DNA of 64,000 bases from Octopus sinensis. Its lineage: Eukaryota. The notes beneath the pieces were generated by a model. The model saw nothing but the letters and a program-made list of their open reading frames with translations. It made no database searches and was not told the DNA's origin. The DNA lies in contig NC_043005.1 of the NCBI RefSeq assembly GCF_006345805.1, positions 55,986,001 through 56,050,000 on the forward strand. The letters run 5' to 3'. Of this stretch, positions 24,034-37,570 are shown one piece after another (position 1 is the first letter of the stretch; each line of letters starts with the position of its first letter). The translations under genes and the position numbers were made by a program.

Positions 24034-24587
24034 TGCCCTGATGCATTATCAGGCAGTGGCTCTCATGGCTTCTGACCTTAACTGATAGGAAGTGTTATCA
24101 TGTACATTGTTTTGTCTTGGTATAAAAGATGGGCTACAGCAAATATTCTGCTCAATACCACAGATTTGCTTGTCAATTGCTTGACCTTAACCAATTGAGC
24201 ATGTCCCTTAGTGGCTGATATGTGCATTTCTGATCATGGGCAGAAGTAGTCAGGGAGAGCAACATAGCCACGTGTTGAGAGGAATTCTTTGGGGTTTGGA
24301 TAATTCACTTTTGGAAACATGGGTGTTTTGTTCAACATCTTTAAACAACCCTTATTCAGGGACCTTTTGAGCGGGATGGGTTACTCGACAAGAAGAAAAT
24401 TCTTACTGGGCCCCACCTGCAAGGTCATGTGCTGTTTATCTTGATATGAGATCACCATGTTGCACACATATGGTTGTGATGCATGTGCCTGGTGTACCCT
24501 TATCAGATGGGTAGTCATGATGGGTATATTGGGCTTTGTATATTTTACCCCAGTGTCACTTTGATGGTATGCACAGCTCTCTCACTC
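24034..24587. mobile_element. Second copy of the (AAT)n-flanked ~560-bp element
   Basis: Colinear with 11281-11848 and flanked by (AAT)n. Confidence 0.88.
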
Positions 24588-24969
24588 AGTAATAATAATA
24601 ATAATAATCCTTTCTACTATAGTCACAAGTCAAATCAAACCCTTGGCTACGGTGTTAGTTTATTACAGTTAGTAATCCATTATTTTTTTTTTTTTTACAG
24701 AGAAAACCATTTTCTTTTTTATAACTACTCTCTACAATTATTGAACATGAAACCTCATTTGATGTAACACTACCCAGGCACATTAATATTGTTTCTACTA
24801 TAGGCACAAGGCTTGAAATTTTGGGAGAGAGGGTTAGTCAATTACATCGACTCCAGTGCTTGATTGGTACTTATTTTATCAACTCTGAAAAGATGGAAGA
24901 CAAAGTGATGGAATTTGAACTCAGAAGAAATGTCACTATACATTTTGTCCAGCATTATAAGGATTCTGT

Positions 24970-25348
24970 GGAGGTGCAATGGCCCAGTGGTTAGGGCAGC
25001 AGACACGCGGTTGTAGGATCATGGTTTCGATTCCAAGACCGGGCGTTGTGAGTGTTTATTGACTGAAAACACCTAAAGTTCCACGAGGCTCCGGCAGGGG
25101 ATGGTGGTGAACTCTGTTGTACTCTTTCACCACAACTTTCTCTGACTCTTTCTTCCTGTTTCTGTTGTACCTGTATTTGAAAGAGTCCAGCCTTGTCACA
25201 CTCTGTGTCAAGCTGAATCTCCAACAGAACTACGTTAAGGGTACAAGTGCCTGTGGAGTACTCAGCCACCTGCACGCTAATTTCACGAGTAGGCTGTTCC
25301 GTTGATCGGATCACTGGAACCCTCGTCGTTGTAACCAATGGAGTGCTC
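24970..25348 (+). mobile_element. SINE family S3 with 15-bp TSD, nested in an S2-type SINE
   Basis: TSD ttataaggattctgt at 24955-24969 and 25349-25363. Homologous to 2520-2906. Confidence 0.92.
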
Positions 25349-25943
25349 TTATAAGGATTCTGTCAGCTCACCACCTTTTGTTTCAAATTTTGTCACAATT
25401 ACAGGGAAGTGGGATAAGTTGATTTTATCAATGCCTGTATTTGACTGGTACATTATTTTATCAACCCTGAAAGGATGAAAGGTAACGTTGACATCAGTGG
25501 AATTTGAACTCAGAACATAAAGAGCTGGAAGAAATGCCACTGATTATTTTGTCCGGCATACTAACAATTCTGTTGACACACCACTTTCAGGCTCATTAAC
25601 ATTATGTGCCATTCCCAGTGATTGCTACATAAAAAAAAGGAAGAAAATATAACTATACCAACAAGAGTAGCAACAACACTTCTCTCACTGACTACTTTTA
25701 ATAAAGTTACAAACCTGTTTCATAGGGATTTCAAAGTTACAATCTTGTTTGTGAAGAATTTCATTTAGTTTGGAAACTTCATTTAGCATTTCACTTCAAT
25801 ACTGCAGTCTTTTTACCAATTCAAAAGCTGAGTAAAAAAAAAATCCATGAATCTCCATTTTGCTTTATCTCTTAGTGATATTTTCTTTTTTTTTTTTTCA
25901 TTCTATTTTTTTCTTTTTTTTTTAATTTAATTTTCTGAAGTGA

Positions 25944-26090
25944 TTAATCAATCAAGTGTTGCAGGTCTTCCTCATAGTTATCAGAAACGCTTTGTTGTTA
26001 TTGACTGATTTCTGGAAGTTCTTTGGCTTCTGATTGGTCCTATTTCTCAGCACTCAAGTTATCAAACAACATTCTATGTATAGTTTGGCA
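25944..26090 (-). pseudogene. Possible decayed or terminal exon CQTIHRMLFDNLSAEK*DQSEAKELPEISQ*QQSVSDNYEEDLQHLID*
   Basis: Acceptor 'ccaatttag' and protein-like composition. The two internal stops (TAG, TAA) are each one C>T from Gln codons. Confidence 0.25.
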
Positions 26091-26544
26091 CTAAATTGGC
26101 AGGACTGCAAAAGTGATAACTAGAATGAATTGTGGTATTTATTAAGGTTCCTTGTCTTGCGAGTTCAAGTCCTGCTATGGTTAGCTTTGCCCTTCTTTCT
26201 TATTGGATCAATAAATAAAATACTAACCAAAAGGTAACAAAGCTCTTTCGCCCTCCAGGTGTCATATCTTGGAAGTTTTACTGGATAAAGAGGGCTGTCT
26301 TTCTGCCTGTGACTATGTGGACACCTGAAATCATTAGTAAAACCATGGTACTTGATGATACCAAAACAATAATCCCAATAGCAAGTGATGGGCATATATA
26401 TATATTCATACATAAATACATGCATACATACATAATACATGCATGCATACATACATACATACATTTTTTTTAATACATACATACATACATACATACATAA
26501 AGATGTATTCAAATATGAATAGGAAGCAGCACAAGGGATATAAA

Positions 26545-26712
26545 CAATATCAAACACACATACACAAGATATGTGCTTTGCCAGTTCGTGGGCAGGTTGC
26601 ACTTATAGGCTAAGAGGGGATTATAGGCATAATATACTCCCTTACACCTATAATCGTTGCCTGCCCACAATCTGGCAAAACACACACCTTATATATGTGT
26701 GTTTGCTATTGT
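26545..26712. repeat. Imperfect inverted repeat (~165-nt hairpin)
   Basis: 'caaacacacatacacaagatatgtgctttgccagttcgtgggcagg' pairs with 'cctgcccacaatctggcaaaacacacaccttatatatgtgtgtttg'. Confidence 0.8.
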
Positions 26713-26865
26713 GAGGCACTTCACCACCATCTCTCTCCTACTTTCTCCTTGCACTTTTGCTGTCTCCCACTCTCTTTCTCTTTCTTTTCCTTTGCCCTTC
26801 CCTCTGGCTGGTTAGCCATGTATCTCCTCTACAACTGCACATGTTTCTGCCCTCATTTTTTATCA

Positions 26866-26867
<2 letters not shown>

Positions 26868-26910
<43 letters not shown>

Positions 26911-26982
26911 TCGCTTGCTCTTCCTTCTTTCTTGTTACTTCTCTCCCTCTCTTTCTCTCTCTCTTTTTCTCTCTCTCTTCCT

Positions 26983-27046
<64 letters not shown>
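26868..27046. repeat. Interrupted (CT)n microsatellite, representative of many TA, CA, GA, TACA, GATA, AAT and GAT tracts in the window
   Basis: Directly visible. These tracts generate most poly-IY/LS/HT ORFs in the track. Confidence 0.97.
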
Positions 27047-27047
<1 letters not shown>

Positions 27048-27723
27048 ACTGGGTAACTATGTACCACCTCTGTAGCAAGAGGTGGTACATAGTCACTCTG
27101 TTTGTCCGTCACACTTTTACCTTTCATCATCTGACACAAGATTATCTTCTCCAATGTCTCCTCCTCTCTCAGAATTCTTTGTCTCGCAAGTTATTTGGTG
27201 ACCTTTCCAGTGCTGGTGCCATGCAAAAAGCACTCAGTCTGCTCTGCAGGGTGGCTGGTGTTAGGAAAGGCATCCAGCCATAAAAACCATGTCAAAACAG
27301 ACACAGTAGCCTGGTGCAGTTTTCTACCTGGCCATCTCCAGTCAAACCTGTCCAACCCATGCCAGTATAGAAAGCAGATGATAAATGATGATGATGATGA
27401 TGTACAGTATAAGTATATATGTATATATATATATGCACACAATATATATATATATATATATAACACACACAATAAATAAATAACAAATGTGCCCTTTTAA
27501 AGCCTAGCCCGGCTCATGGGCCCAGTTTCCTGGTGTCTATGGTGTATATATTCCCCAGCTAGATGGGACGCCAGTCCATCACAGCATTACTCATTTTTGC
27601 CAGCTGAACGTGTCGCCCAGTCCAGGAATCGAAACCACTATCTTACGATCATGATGCTGACACCCTAAACACTAAGCCACACACCTCCACTAACACACAC
27701 AATATATATACACACACACACAC

Positions 27724-27790
<67 letters not shown>

Positions 27791-27827
27791 TTATTTAAAT
27801 ATATATATATGTATATATTCACAATAA

Positions 27828-27881
<54 letters not shown>

Positions 27882-27904
27882 ATACATATATATATACATA
27901 CATA

Positions 27905-27976
<72 letters not shown>

Positions 27977-27999
27977 TATACTTTGTTAAAACAGCAAAG

Positions 28000-28395
28000 A
28001 TATCACAATAAAAAACCCACACACAAGCAATATCTCAAAAGTTTTATAAAAAAACGCAGGATTTTATCCAAAGAATGAGATGGAAAGCCTTCTTCTATGA
28101 TACAAAAAATCTAATGGAAACAAATATGGCCTCAAATCTTCTAAAATTCCAACACCTATTTCGGAATTAGAAGCCTTTGAAAAAGACTTTTCTGTGATTA
28201 TTAGAAGAATTAAATTACACAAATTCAACAACCAGCTCCAGCGAGATATGAAGGAAAAAATTCGAGACATAAAGAACTCGGATAAGATCTTCATAGACTC
28301 CAACAAGACAAAAACTTATACGTGGTTGACAAAAATGTTTATAAACGTCTACTTTCGAACAGCATCACAGACACCTACAAAGAAGATAACATAAA
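28000..28395 (+). mobile_element. Penelope-like element, RT N-terminal part (5' half of a split copy)
   Basis: Frameshifted RMRWKAFFY...SKIPTPISELEAFEKDFSVIIRRIKLHKFNNQLQRDM...IFIDSNKT.NLY...LLSNSITDTYK, a Penelope RT N-terminus pattern. Confidence 0.8.
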
Positions 28396-28399
28396 TTTA

Positions 28400-30815
28400 T
28401 AGATGTTTTTCAAACAACTTGCACATGCAAATGCTACCAGTTGAGAACTTCGCATACTAGAATCCAGCAAGTGTATGAGGTCATCAGAAGAGAATGTGCA
28501 CCATTTCGGGGTCTACCACTTGATGGCATCAATGCACACCGGCCTCCTCACTGATATGAGGCCCCGCTTGCTAGACCAACTGCTTATCAACTATAGCTCA
28601 ATATTCTTCTAGCCATCGTTCATCATCACTTTTTAACCAAATCCAGTTGCTAGCCTTTTCCACTGTAGTCTGGATATCGGTCATGGTGATATTTACTTTA
28701 CAATGGGTTAGGCCTAAAGATAACAGCAGTCGTCTCACACTGTGTCCAGCAAACCCTCTACATCCGACTTTCCAGCCTGCTCCACTTTCCAGCCTGCATC
28801 TTCACATTCCTTGAGGAGGTTTACATAACGGTCGATCTTTCGAACCCAAGAGGTGTCTATGTTATCTTCATGAGGAACCATTAACTCGACTAGATTCACA
28901 ACTTTCTTTCCTTCACACCACATTAAAATGTCCGGTTTTTCTGTAACTGGGATGGGAAAGAGTTCCTGGCACCCTGGTAAATCTGCAGTCACCACCCAAT
29001 AGCCATTCCGCTTTTCATCGCTCACAGGAAGTTTGTTGTACTTCTTGAAACAGATCCACTGTCCTGAGCGCACAAAGGTAATAAAATCGCTAGTTGGTAC
29101 TTTCAATGGATTTTTAAACTGTTGTTGAGATCAATTTGGTTCTTTATAGCATTGAAGATAACCTTAAGGACCAGGTTGTGTCTCCATCTATACCTGTTCA
29201 ATGCTAATGAACAGTTGGAAAGAATATGTTTCAGTGTTCCGACTTTTCAGCATTTTCATATATCATTCTCTGAGATGTTCCATCTTACTAGACTGGCAAG
29301 TGATGGCAAAACATCATAGGATGAACGAATCAGTAAACTTGGCTGAGATGTGGTCCACCTCCATATCTCATCCCAACTTATTTTCCTCTCAACAACATGT
29401 TCCTCCCATCTCATCATCTGTCCTTGTTGAATACATTGGATAAAATGAAGCCCTCTTCTTTCTACTTCCCTTGTTTTGACACTGTTGCTAACAACAGATC
29501 TGCATTTTCTCCACATCACACTTGCAAATGGTCTGAACTGATCTGTGCCCAAACCAAGTCCCTTCTGAGGATTTTGCATTGCATTCACCATATCTCGGTG
29601 TGTAAGAGAAGACAAGATGTCATCAGTCTCTACTTCTGCGTTCCACTTCTTGGCTGTTTTCACCTCTAGTGGATTATGCCTGATTTCCATGTCCTTTGAC
29701 TCGGTCAGTATCATCACCATTTGTACTTTCCCCAGTTTATATATTTCAACTATTGTCCCTAGTGGTAACTGCAATTAGCTTCTTTTATGATAAAGAGCTT
29801 AACTTTCAACATCCAAGGTAGGCCTAGCCACTTTCTAATGAACACATTACATTTTTGTTCAAAGATCTGAACTTGTGACAATGCTACCTTGTATATTAAA
29901 AGTGGCCACAAAAGTCACAGATACAAGCTGAACAGTAAGCACCAAATTTATTTTTACCTAGTAACTTTGAATTATCAATCACTGATAATCCAACCTTGGC
30001 TTGTCTCATAATTTCCTTTCTGCAACTCCTATCTGACAATGTTCCAGCATATACTCACCCCAAGCTCTTTTGGAATGCTTTCTTCAGCTAATCAAAACTT
30101 TAATTTTTTCTACACTCCCTTAACAACTGTCAGACTACATGACTTTTTGGCTCTAAACTGCTTCCTTGACCACCTCACAAGCTTGTCTAGTCTCAAGAGG
30201 GCATTCTGCATGAGTTGCTTATCTGTAGATAAAAGTGTCATGTCATCCATGAAAGCTTTCTTAGGTGATTATTTATGGGTGATTTGTTCCCCAAAATTCA
30301 AAATCATCTCCATGACTAAGATAAACCACATGACAGATATTGCACAGCCAGTGGCAATGCCAATCTCCAATCGGTGCCAATCTGTTGTAGAATCTCCAGC
30401 TGTAAACCTCATCTTAAAACTGTCATAATACATCTTCATTATTTTGGTTACTTTGTCTGGAATGTGGAAGTGGTCCATAGCTCTCATCAGTAATTTGTGT
30501 GGCGCTGAGCCATATGCATTAGCTAGGTCAAGCCATACCACGTTCAGACTTTCTTTGTTCTGCTTGGCATCCTGAATCGCTTTCCAAATCAAAAAATAAT
30601 GCTCAGCACATCCAAGGATTCCAGCCTTTTGAACTGATTCATCAACATATTCACTACTCTGTATATAAGCCACTGTTCTCCTTGAAAGAATTCCCATAAA
30701 GATCTTGCCTTCCACATTCAATAAGGATATCGGCCTAAACTGTTTTATAGTCTCTACATTGGCTCCTTTTGGCAGGTATATGCCTTCTGCCTTACACCAA
30801 TCCTCTATTAGAATC
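28400..30815 (-). mobile_element. 5'-truncated HERO-type (NeSL/R2 group, RLE) non-LTR retrotransposon, decayed
   Basis: RT motifs QFRPISLLNVEGKIF, VVWLDLANAYGS, GIATGCAIS and KAFMDD. CCHC remnant KC*KVGTLKHILSNC followed by RYRWRHN. RLE motif KPDILMW...LVELMVPHE...RKIDRY. C-terminal EKASNWIWLK. Multiple stops. Confidence 0.88.
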
Positions 30816-30821
30816 TCTTCA

Positions 30822-31320
30822 AGGTGAATTTGGAGGCAAAAAGAATTGCTAACTATCTTAAAATCAGTGATAGGATAAAATACCCCCTTCCACATCAACC
30901 CTTTATTACCCTGAAAGACCACAAAGCTAATTTCAATAGAATCCCTAAATGTAAATTAATTAACCCAGCTAAAACTGAAATAGGCATCATTAGCAAATAT
31001 ATTTTAGATCGTATTTTAAGCAAGTTAAATAGAGAATTAAATTTACAGATTTGGGAAAATAACAAGTCAGTGATACATTGGTTCAAAGGAATTAGCCATA
31101 AGCATAACTGCAAATTTATGCAGTTTAATATTGTCAATTTTTACCCATCAATATCTAGGCCTTTACTTCTAAAAGCATTAGATTTCCCCTAGTAGTATGG
31201 CATCATCAATAGCTCAGAAATAGATATTATCCTGCAAGCAAGGAAATCCCTTCTTTTTTACAATGATTCCATCTGGGTCAAAAAGAGTGAGGACTCTCTA
31301 TTCAATGTATGAACAGGAGG
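30822..31320 (+). mobile_element. Penelope-like element RT (3' half of the split copy)
   Basis: NLEAKRIA...PFITLKDHKANF...CKLINPAKTEIGIISKYILD...QFNIVNFYPSIS...ARKSLLFYNDSIWVKK...LFNV. Confidence 0.88.
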
Positions 31321-34249
31321 AATAGAGTCAATACTAGCAATGATATAAATACTAATGGTAAATTTGGATTCATGGAGGGGCAAAGTTGGGAATAAAAACA
31401 GGACAGTGGAGACATATGTATACATATATATATGTGTGTGTGTCTGTGTGTCTGTGTCTGTGTTTGTACCCCCACTATCACTTGACAACCGATGTTGCTG
31501 TGTTTACATCCCCGTAATTTAGCCACTTGGCAAAACACACCAATAGAATAAGTACTAGGCTTAAGAAGAATAAATCTTGGAGTTGATTTCTTCGACTAAA
31601 AGTGGTGCTCCAGCATGGCCACAGTCATATGACCAAAACAAGTAAAACAATAAAAGACTATGCCATTTTAACCCCGAGCAATGCCGGATATCTCTGCTAG
31701 TTAATAATAAATTAGATCTTAGGGTGTCATGTGTTCATAGGATTACCCATACCTTTAGATAATTTAGAAGCAGGTAATTAATAATTACATCATACCATAT
31801 TTTTGGTGACATAGGTTATTCAAGGTGCCATATCATTCATAGCTTACTCTCTTTGATGTTGAAACATATTCAATAATGCATTCTAGTGACCATTAACCCC
31901 TTTGATCTATAAACTTCTAATAATTACAATATGTACTTTACTCTTCCCATCGTTGAATCTCTTTTATCATGGTTGATATAAAATATATTTATTTTTTCTA
32001 ATGGATTCTTAAAATTCGCACCTCCCCTAAATATATAAATATACCCTCTAAGATCTGTTATTCGATCAGTTTCTTTGATGTACTTTAGATATATCTTATA
32101 AATCCATTTCCAAAGGTAATTTTATCTCTGTTAAAACTGGGTATATTTATATTTTATTCTATCTTGTATTAATAATAATTCTTCTGGTTATAACTTTTTC
32201 TATATACCAATAACTTTATAAATAAATTTTTCATTTTGTTTTATCTTATATCCTTCTTTATATCTTTTAATACCTTTTTATATCATCTTTTCATACGTTT
32301 TTATGAAAAAATTATTTAAAATTTTTTCTTATATCTTATAAATTTTTATACTTTACATTTTTTATGCATTATGCCTTTATATACCCTTTTATATATTTTC
32401 AGGGTTTATATATTTTTAATTAGGCATTATATGTTATAAATTCTTGTAATTGATTTTTTATTATTTTATATGTTTATGCCTGTATATATTATTTATTATA
32501 TATTCTTATGCCTTCTTTTATATATTTTTATAATTCTTAAATCTTATAAATTTGTGACAATTTATACTGTTTTCATAAAATTCACTGTATGCTGTAATCT
32601 TATATTATTATTCTTTTAATTATATATTATATTCATTATGTGATTATAGGACTAACTTTGTTTAAATCTTGTATCTGAATGCACTACTTCATATTTTTAT
32701 ATCTCTTATTTACTTACCCTATGCATTAAATCTCATTTCTTATTATATCCTATCTTTACCCATCCATATTTGGACAGGAATGGTTTTAATATCAGTTTAA
32801 TGTATACTATAAGTATCTATTTATATTATAAATAATTCCATTATACATTCACCATGTAATATTTTACCAGGATATCCTATTCACTACATTTACGAAAAGT
32901 CTTAATATTTCTCTTATATCTTAAAGTATCCCCTTATCAAAATTTTAAGTGTAACTTCTATCTTTCATCTATATATATTTAGTTATATTTTGCTTTAACA
33001 TTATAAATATACTAGGTTACAATGTGCTCCCACCCTTATTCTCTGAAATTATCTTCAACCCCTAATTTCTAGTACTTATTCCTATCTTTCTTTTTTCCAA
33101 TTATCACCCCTTCCTCATCAGGCATTCTCTTTTTTATTACTCCAAGCCTTACCCTTTGGTGTAGACAAAGCTGGATATAAGGTTCCAGTACTTAGATAGT
33201 CTAGTAGGTTGTCATGATATTAATTAATTTATCACCTTTGTCTAGAATATAGCTACAACTCCCAACAGATTTAATTTTGGATGATTGAAGACTACATTCC
33301 CCTCTATTGTCTTCGAAGTGTTGGTAACTAGGTCACTACTCTCAATTACCCCTCCCCCCATTATAACCTCTACTAACCTCTAAATTCTTGTAGGTTCAAC
33401 ACTTCATAGACTATTTTCTAAATTCATTCTGCCAAAGTAATAGCAGCAGAATCAGGGTAAATACTTGAGCTCCAGTTGGTGATATGGATATATTAAAGCA
33501 GTTGGTCAGCCCTTTGTGTTTGAAGTCTATGTAGTCATCTGACAAAAACAGTTTGTTTCATTAATCAATTAAAGGAGTTGCTTGAAACAGCCATAATGAA
33601 CTGAGACCTGTACATCTTTATTACTCATTTATCATATATATATATATATATATATATATAACAGAGACTCTGTCGTCATTAGATAGCATATGAGAGTTCA
33701 ACAATTTCTTACTGATTTGTTTATAGTGATCAAATATTTGTGTAGACATAAGTTCACCCTCGCCATCAAATCGACATTACCTGTACAGGGGCAACTGGGT
33801 GCCACATGTCAGATGTCAAAATGGTCGCTGAGCAACGTGAAATGAAGTGCTTTGCTCAAGAACACAATGCAATGCCTGCTCTGGGAATCAACCCCACGAT
33901 CTCGTAATCGTGAGTGCAATGCCCTAACCACTAAGCTATGTGCCTTATATAAGTACATATGTGTGTATGTGCAAGGGGCATGGCTTTGTGGTTAGGAAGT
34001 TGTGGTTTTCGATTGTGGTTTTGATAGCTGGAGAGGGCAAAGAATTGAGATCTCGAGAAAAACACTTCATTTCATGTTACTCCAGTCCACTCAGCTGGCA
34101 AAAAAATGTGTAATCCTGCAATGGACTGATGTCCTATCCAAAGGGAATACTTACACCACAGAATCCAGAAAACTGGTCTTGTGAGCCAATGGCTCAGGAT
34201 GGACCTTTGATCCCTTTGTGTGTGTATGTGTATATATATATAATATATA

Positions 34250-34285
<36 letters not shown>

Positions 34286-34478
34286 GTGAATGAATTATCC
34301 TATGTTTATCGTCAGCATGGAAAATTCGTTGAACCGAAACCAGGGTAGCAAATTCACGTCAGAAACATGGTTGAAGCGACCTGTTCAAGGGTAGAAACTC
34401 TGGGTTCATGTCCAGAAATTTGTGTGTTGTATATGAATAAATGAAAGAATGGAGTCGAACGAAGATGTTAACAAAATT

Positions 34479-34571
34479 CCTTTACTCTCGACATATGTTT
34501 CGAAGACAACATGGTTTCATTCCAAAGGAATAAAGGGTGCATTATGCAATTTTCTCATCAGGAAAGAAAGG
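34479..34571 (-). ncRNA. Type I hammerhead ribozyme motif with intact core (GUC cleavage triplet)
   Basis: cctttctttc-CTGATGA(34561-34555)-gaaaattgcat...atgttgtcttc-GAAA(34501-34498)-c/atat/g-TC-gagag(t)aaagg. Helix III region is the palindrome ACATATGT. Predicted cut between 34490 and 34489. Confidence 0.82.
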
Positions 34572-34952
34572 GAGCCTCTCTCGACAACAAGACAAACAAA
34601 AATTTCGATAACTGCCTACATGGTAAACAAAACGATAATGAGTGTTATATATATATATATATATTTCTTTTGTGTTTGGTTTGCAAGATTTTTTATGTGA
34701 TTTCATGTGTCTGGAGAGAGTCATTCCCTTTTAGTGCCTTATGACTACTCACCAGTTCAATATCCATTCATTTAGTTACATATTTTTTCTAAAATTTTCA
34801 TTCCATCTTGCAACCTCTTGAATAGTCTGAAGAGGTTGCAAGATGCAACAAACATTTTAGAAAATATAAATAAGTAACTAAGTGGATATTGAACTGGTGA
34901 GTGTGTTAAGTAATAAAGCACTAAAAGAGAATGACTCTCCCCAGATGTAATA

Positions 34953-35098
<146 letters not shown>

Positions 35099-35565
35099 GT
35101 TGGAGAGAGGGAGAGAGAGATCTGAGATTTGGTGGAACAAACTGGAAAAATAGAACTCTGACACAAGGCCAGGAAGCATTAATAAAAAGGGAACAGTCTA
35201 TTATTCTGATCCTAGTGTTTTACATATTCTTTATTTTATCACTAAAGGATGAAAAGCAAAGCTGACTACAACAGAATTTGAACTCTGAATGTAAGGAGCC
35301 ATAACTAAATACTGCAAAGTATTTTGTCCAATTCTCTAATGATTCTGCTACGCTGTGCACATTATTAATATATTACATAGGCACAAAGCCTCAAAATTAG
35401 ATGAAATGTGTAGTCAGTTATATCAACCTCAGATGGTTAAAAGACAGAACCAACCTCAACAAGATCTGAACTCAGAACAGAAAGTGCTGAAAGAATTACT
35501 ATTAATAGAAAGCATTTTGTTTGTGGTTCTTCAATTTCTGCCTATCCACTGACATAACATTAGCA

Positions 35566-35627
<62 letters not shown>

Positions 35628-35929
35628 TGATAATTTCTTACATAAGTATGAGATCAGAAATTTGGTGGGTGCGGGCAGTCACTTAAATTGACCCAAGTAC
35701 ATGAATTAAATTTTATTTTATCTCCCTTGGGAGGATGAAAGGCCAATTGATCATGATGGAAATTGAATTCAGGATGTAAGGAACTAGAATAAACATCACA
35801 AGATATTTTGGGGGTATACTCTACCAGTTCTATCAAAAACTTTCCAGATAAACATAGACCATAACATATTTGAAAGAATGGCAAAGTGACCATATTCTGA
35901 GTAACATGTGAATCAGCATATCCAAGACT

Positions 35930-36240
35930 ATGATCAAAGCTAAATCGCATAGTCAGAAATATTAAGGAAAATCATTCAAATATTATTGGGAAAGACCATT
36001 GGGGAAAGGAAAGTGTCCCAATCAATGTACCGATTCTATGGATGACATCATATCTCTAAAAGAAATAGAGAAACTATGCAACTACAAAGACATAGAAATA
36101 AAGACATCCAGAGTGTGGAGATTAAAAACTGAATCAGCCTTATAATAGGTGCTTTATGAATGATGAAAAGAGATGCAGATAAATATATATATGTCAAAGC
36201 CTAGGAGTGGCATACATTCACATACAACATACAGAATATT
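35930..36240 (+). mobile_element. Old Dong/R4-type RLE fragment
   Basis: DDIISLKEIEKLCNYKDIEIKTSRVWRLKTE...IIGAL, which retains the segment missing from the 11899-12402 copy. Confidence 0.7.
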
Positions 36241-37570
36241 GAGCCAATGAGGGATACTCTATGTGGTCACTTGATCTGCTAAAAACAAGCAGCAAAAATG
36301 CTCTTTCAGATTACACCTCACTGTCTTGCACAAGGAAAGGTCCTAGTCCTAAAAAAGCAGAGTGGTCATGGCTGCTGCTTTTGATCATACATTTGCTTGA
36401 TTACCTTGATCTTAGGGTTAAACAACAACATCATACAAAAAATAGCATTACCAGGTACTGAACTTGCATTCAAAGTACTTTCGAAACAGCATAACATAGG
36501 AAGAAAGCAAAACTCTGAAGGGTTCCAAGGCCCACAGTACTGTATTGTACAATCAGTGGCAGCTCATATATAGGCACAGTGGAATTACAGCATTCCCTCT
36601 TTCCACTTGATATTATTAATAACATTCGATATAATGAGTCCTTTTTTCTGTAATTCTTTCCTTATTCTTGTACATTCTTGTACATTATATATACTTAATG
36701 TCAGTAGCCATCCCCTAGTTTATGTAAAAAGTACAAAAATCCTTGTATAGAACTGTGCGCTTCACAGTTCCAGTGATGGGTAGTTGGCTGTTGTGCGCAT
36801 GCTCACATGTCCGAGATTGGAAGCTTCATGCTAGGGAGAAACAGCACTGTTGTTCATGCAGTGCCAGGTGAAAGGTAGTGTTTCTTTTTAACTATGCTTG
36901 TGTTGTGCTTAAATGTTGAATGTGATAAAGTGTAGAATTAGATTATTATCCTGCTTCCAGCTTCAGTGTTGCTGCCAGGATTTGAAAAATAGAGCAGATT
37001 TTCCCCAATTATTTTGTGATTTAGGGAGGATTTTTGAAAAACAAGGGGGAATTCGAGGTAGTGTTCAGTGAACAAATTAAACACACTACCCAGCAGTGGC
37101 TAAACTGCAAACCAATCAAGTTTATGTATAAATGTTCTTTTTATATGTTTGTTTCCTTTTACACAATATTAAAACAACGGCTAAAAATTTTCTGAAGCAG
37201 CATCCCCACTAATTTTATCTGCGAGCCACCACTATGTACAATGAAAGTAAGGGTAAAGAGTAAAGACTTCCTTTCATCATAAATGACCTTGAGATTGCAC
37301 CTAGAAAGTTACCCTCCAAGGCGCAAGTCCGAGTAAGGTTGTTTATGGAAGACAGCAGTTGCCCATGCATACCAGACTACCCTCTCCACACCACCAATGT
37401 TATCCAAGGAAAAGGCAAAGACCAATACAGTTGGACCCAATGATGTCACAACTCATTTCTACAAACGGGCGAAGTGGAACAATATGAAATAAAGTTCTAT
37501 ATTTAAGAGATGAGGAATTATTTACTTTATTTACATTTAACGGATATTCGTCCTCATTTTGTTTGTTGTT

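Noticed and set aside
28470-28520. GAAA...CTGATGA in the HERO 3' UTR
   Set aside because: No helix II or helix I pairing consistent with a hammerhead.
33467-33540. Minus-strand exon-like DYIDFKHKGLTNCFNISISPTGAQ
   Set aside because: Good acceptor but weak donor, adjacent to decayed repeat sequence, and no corroboration.
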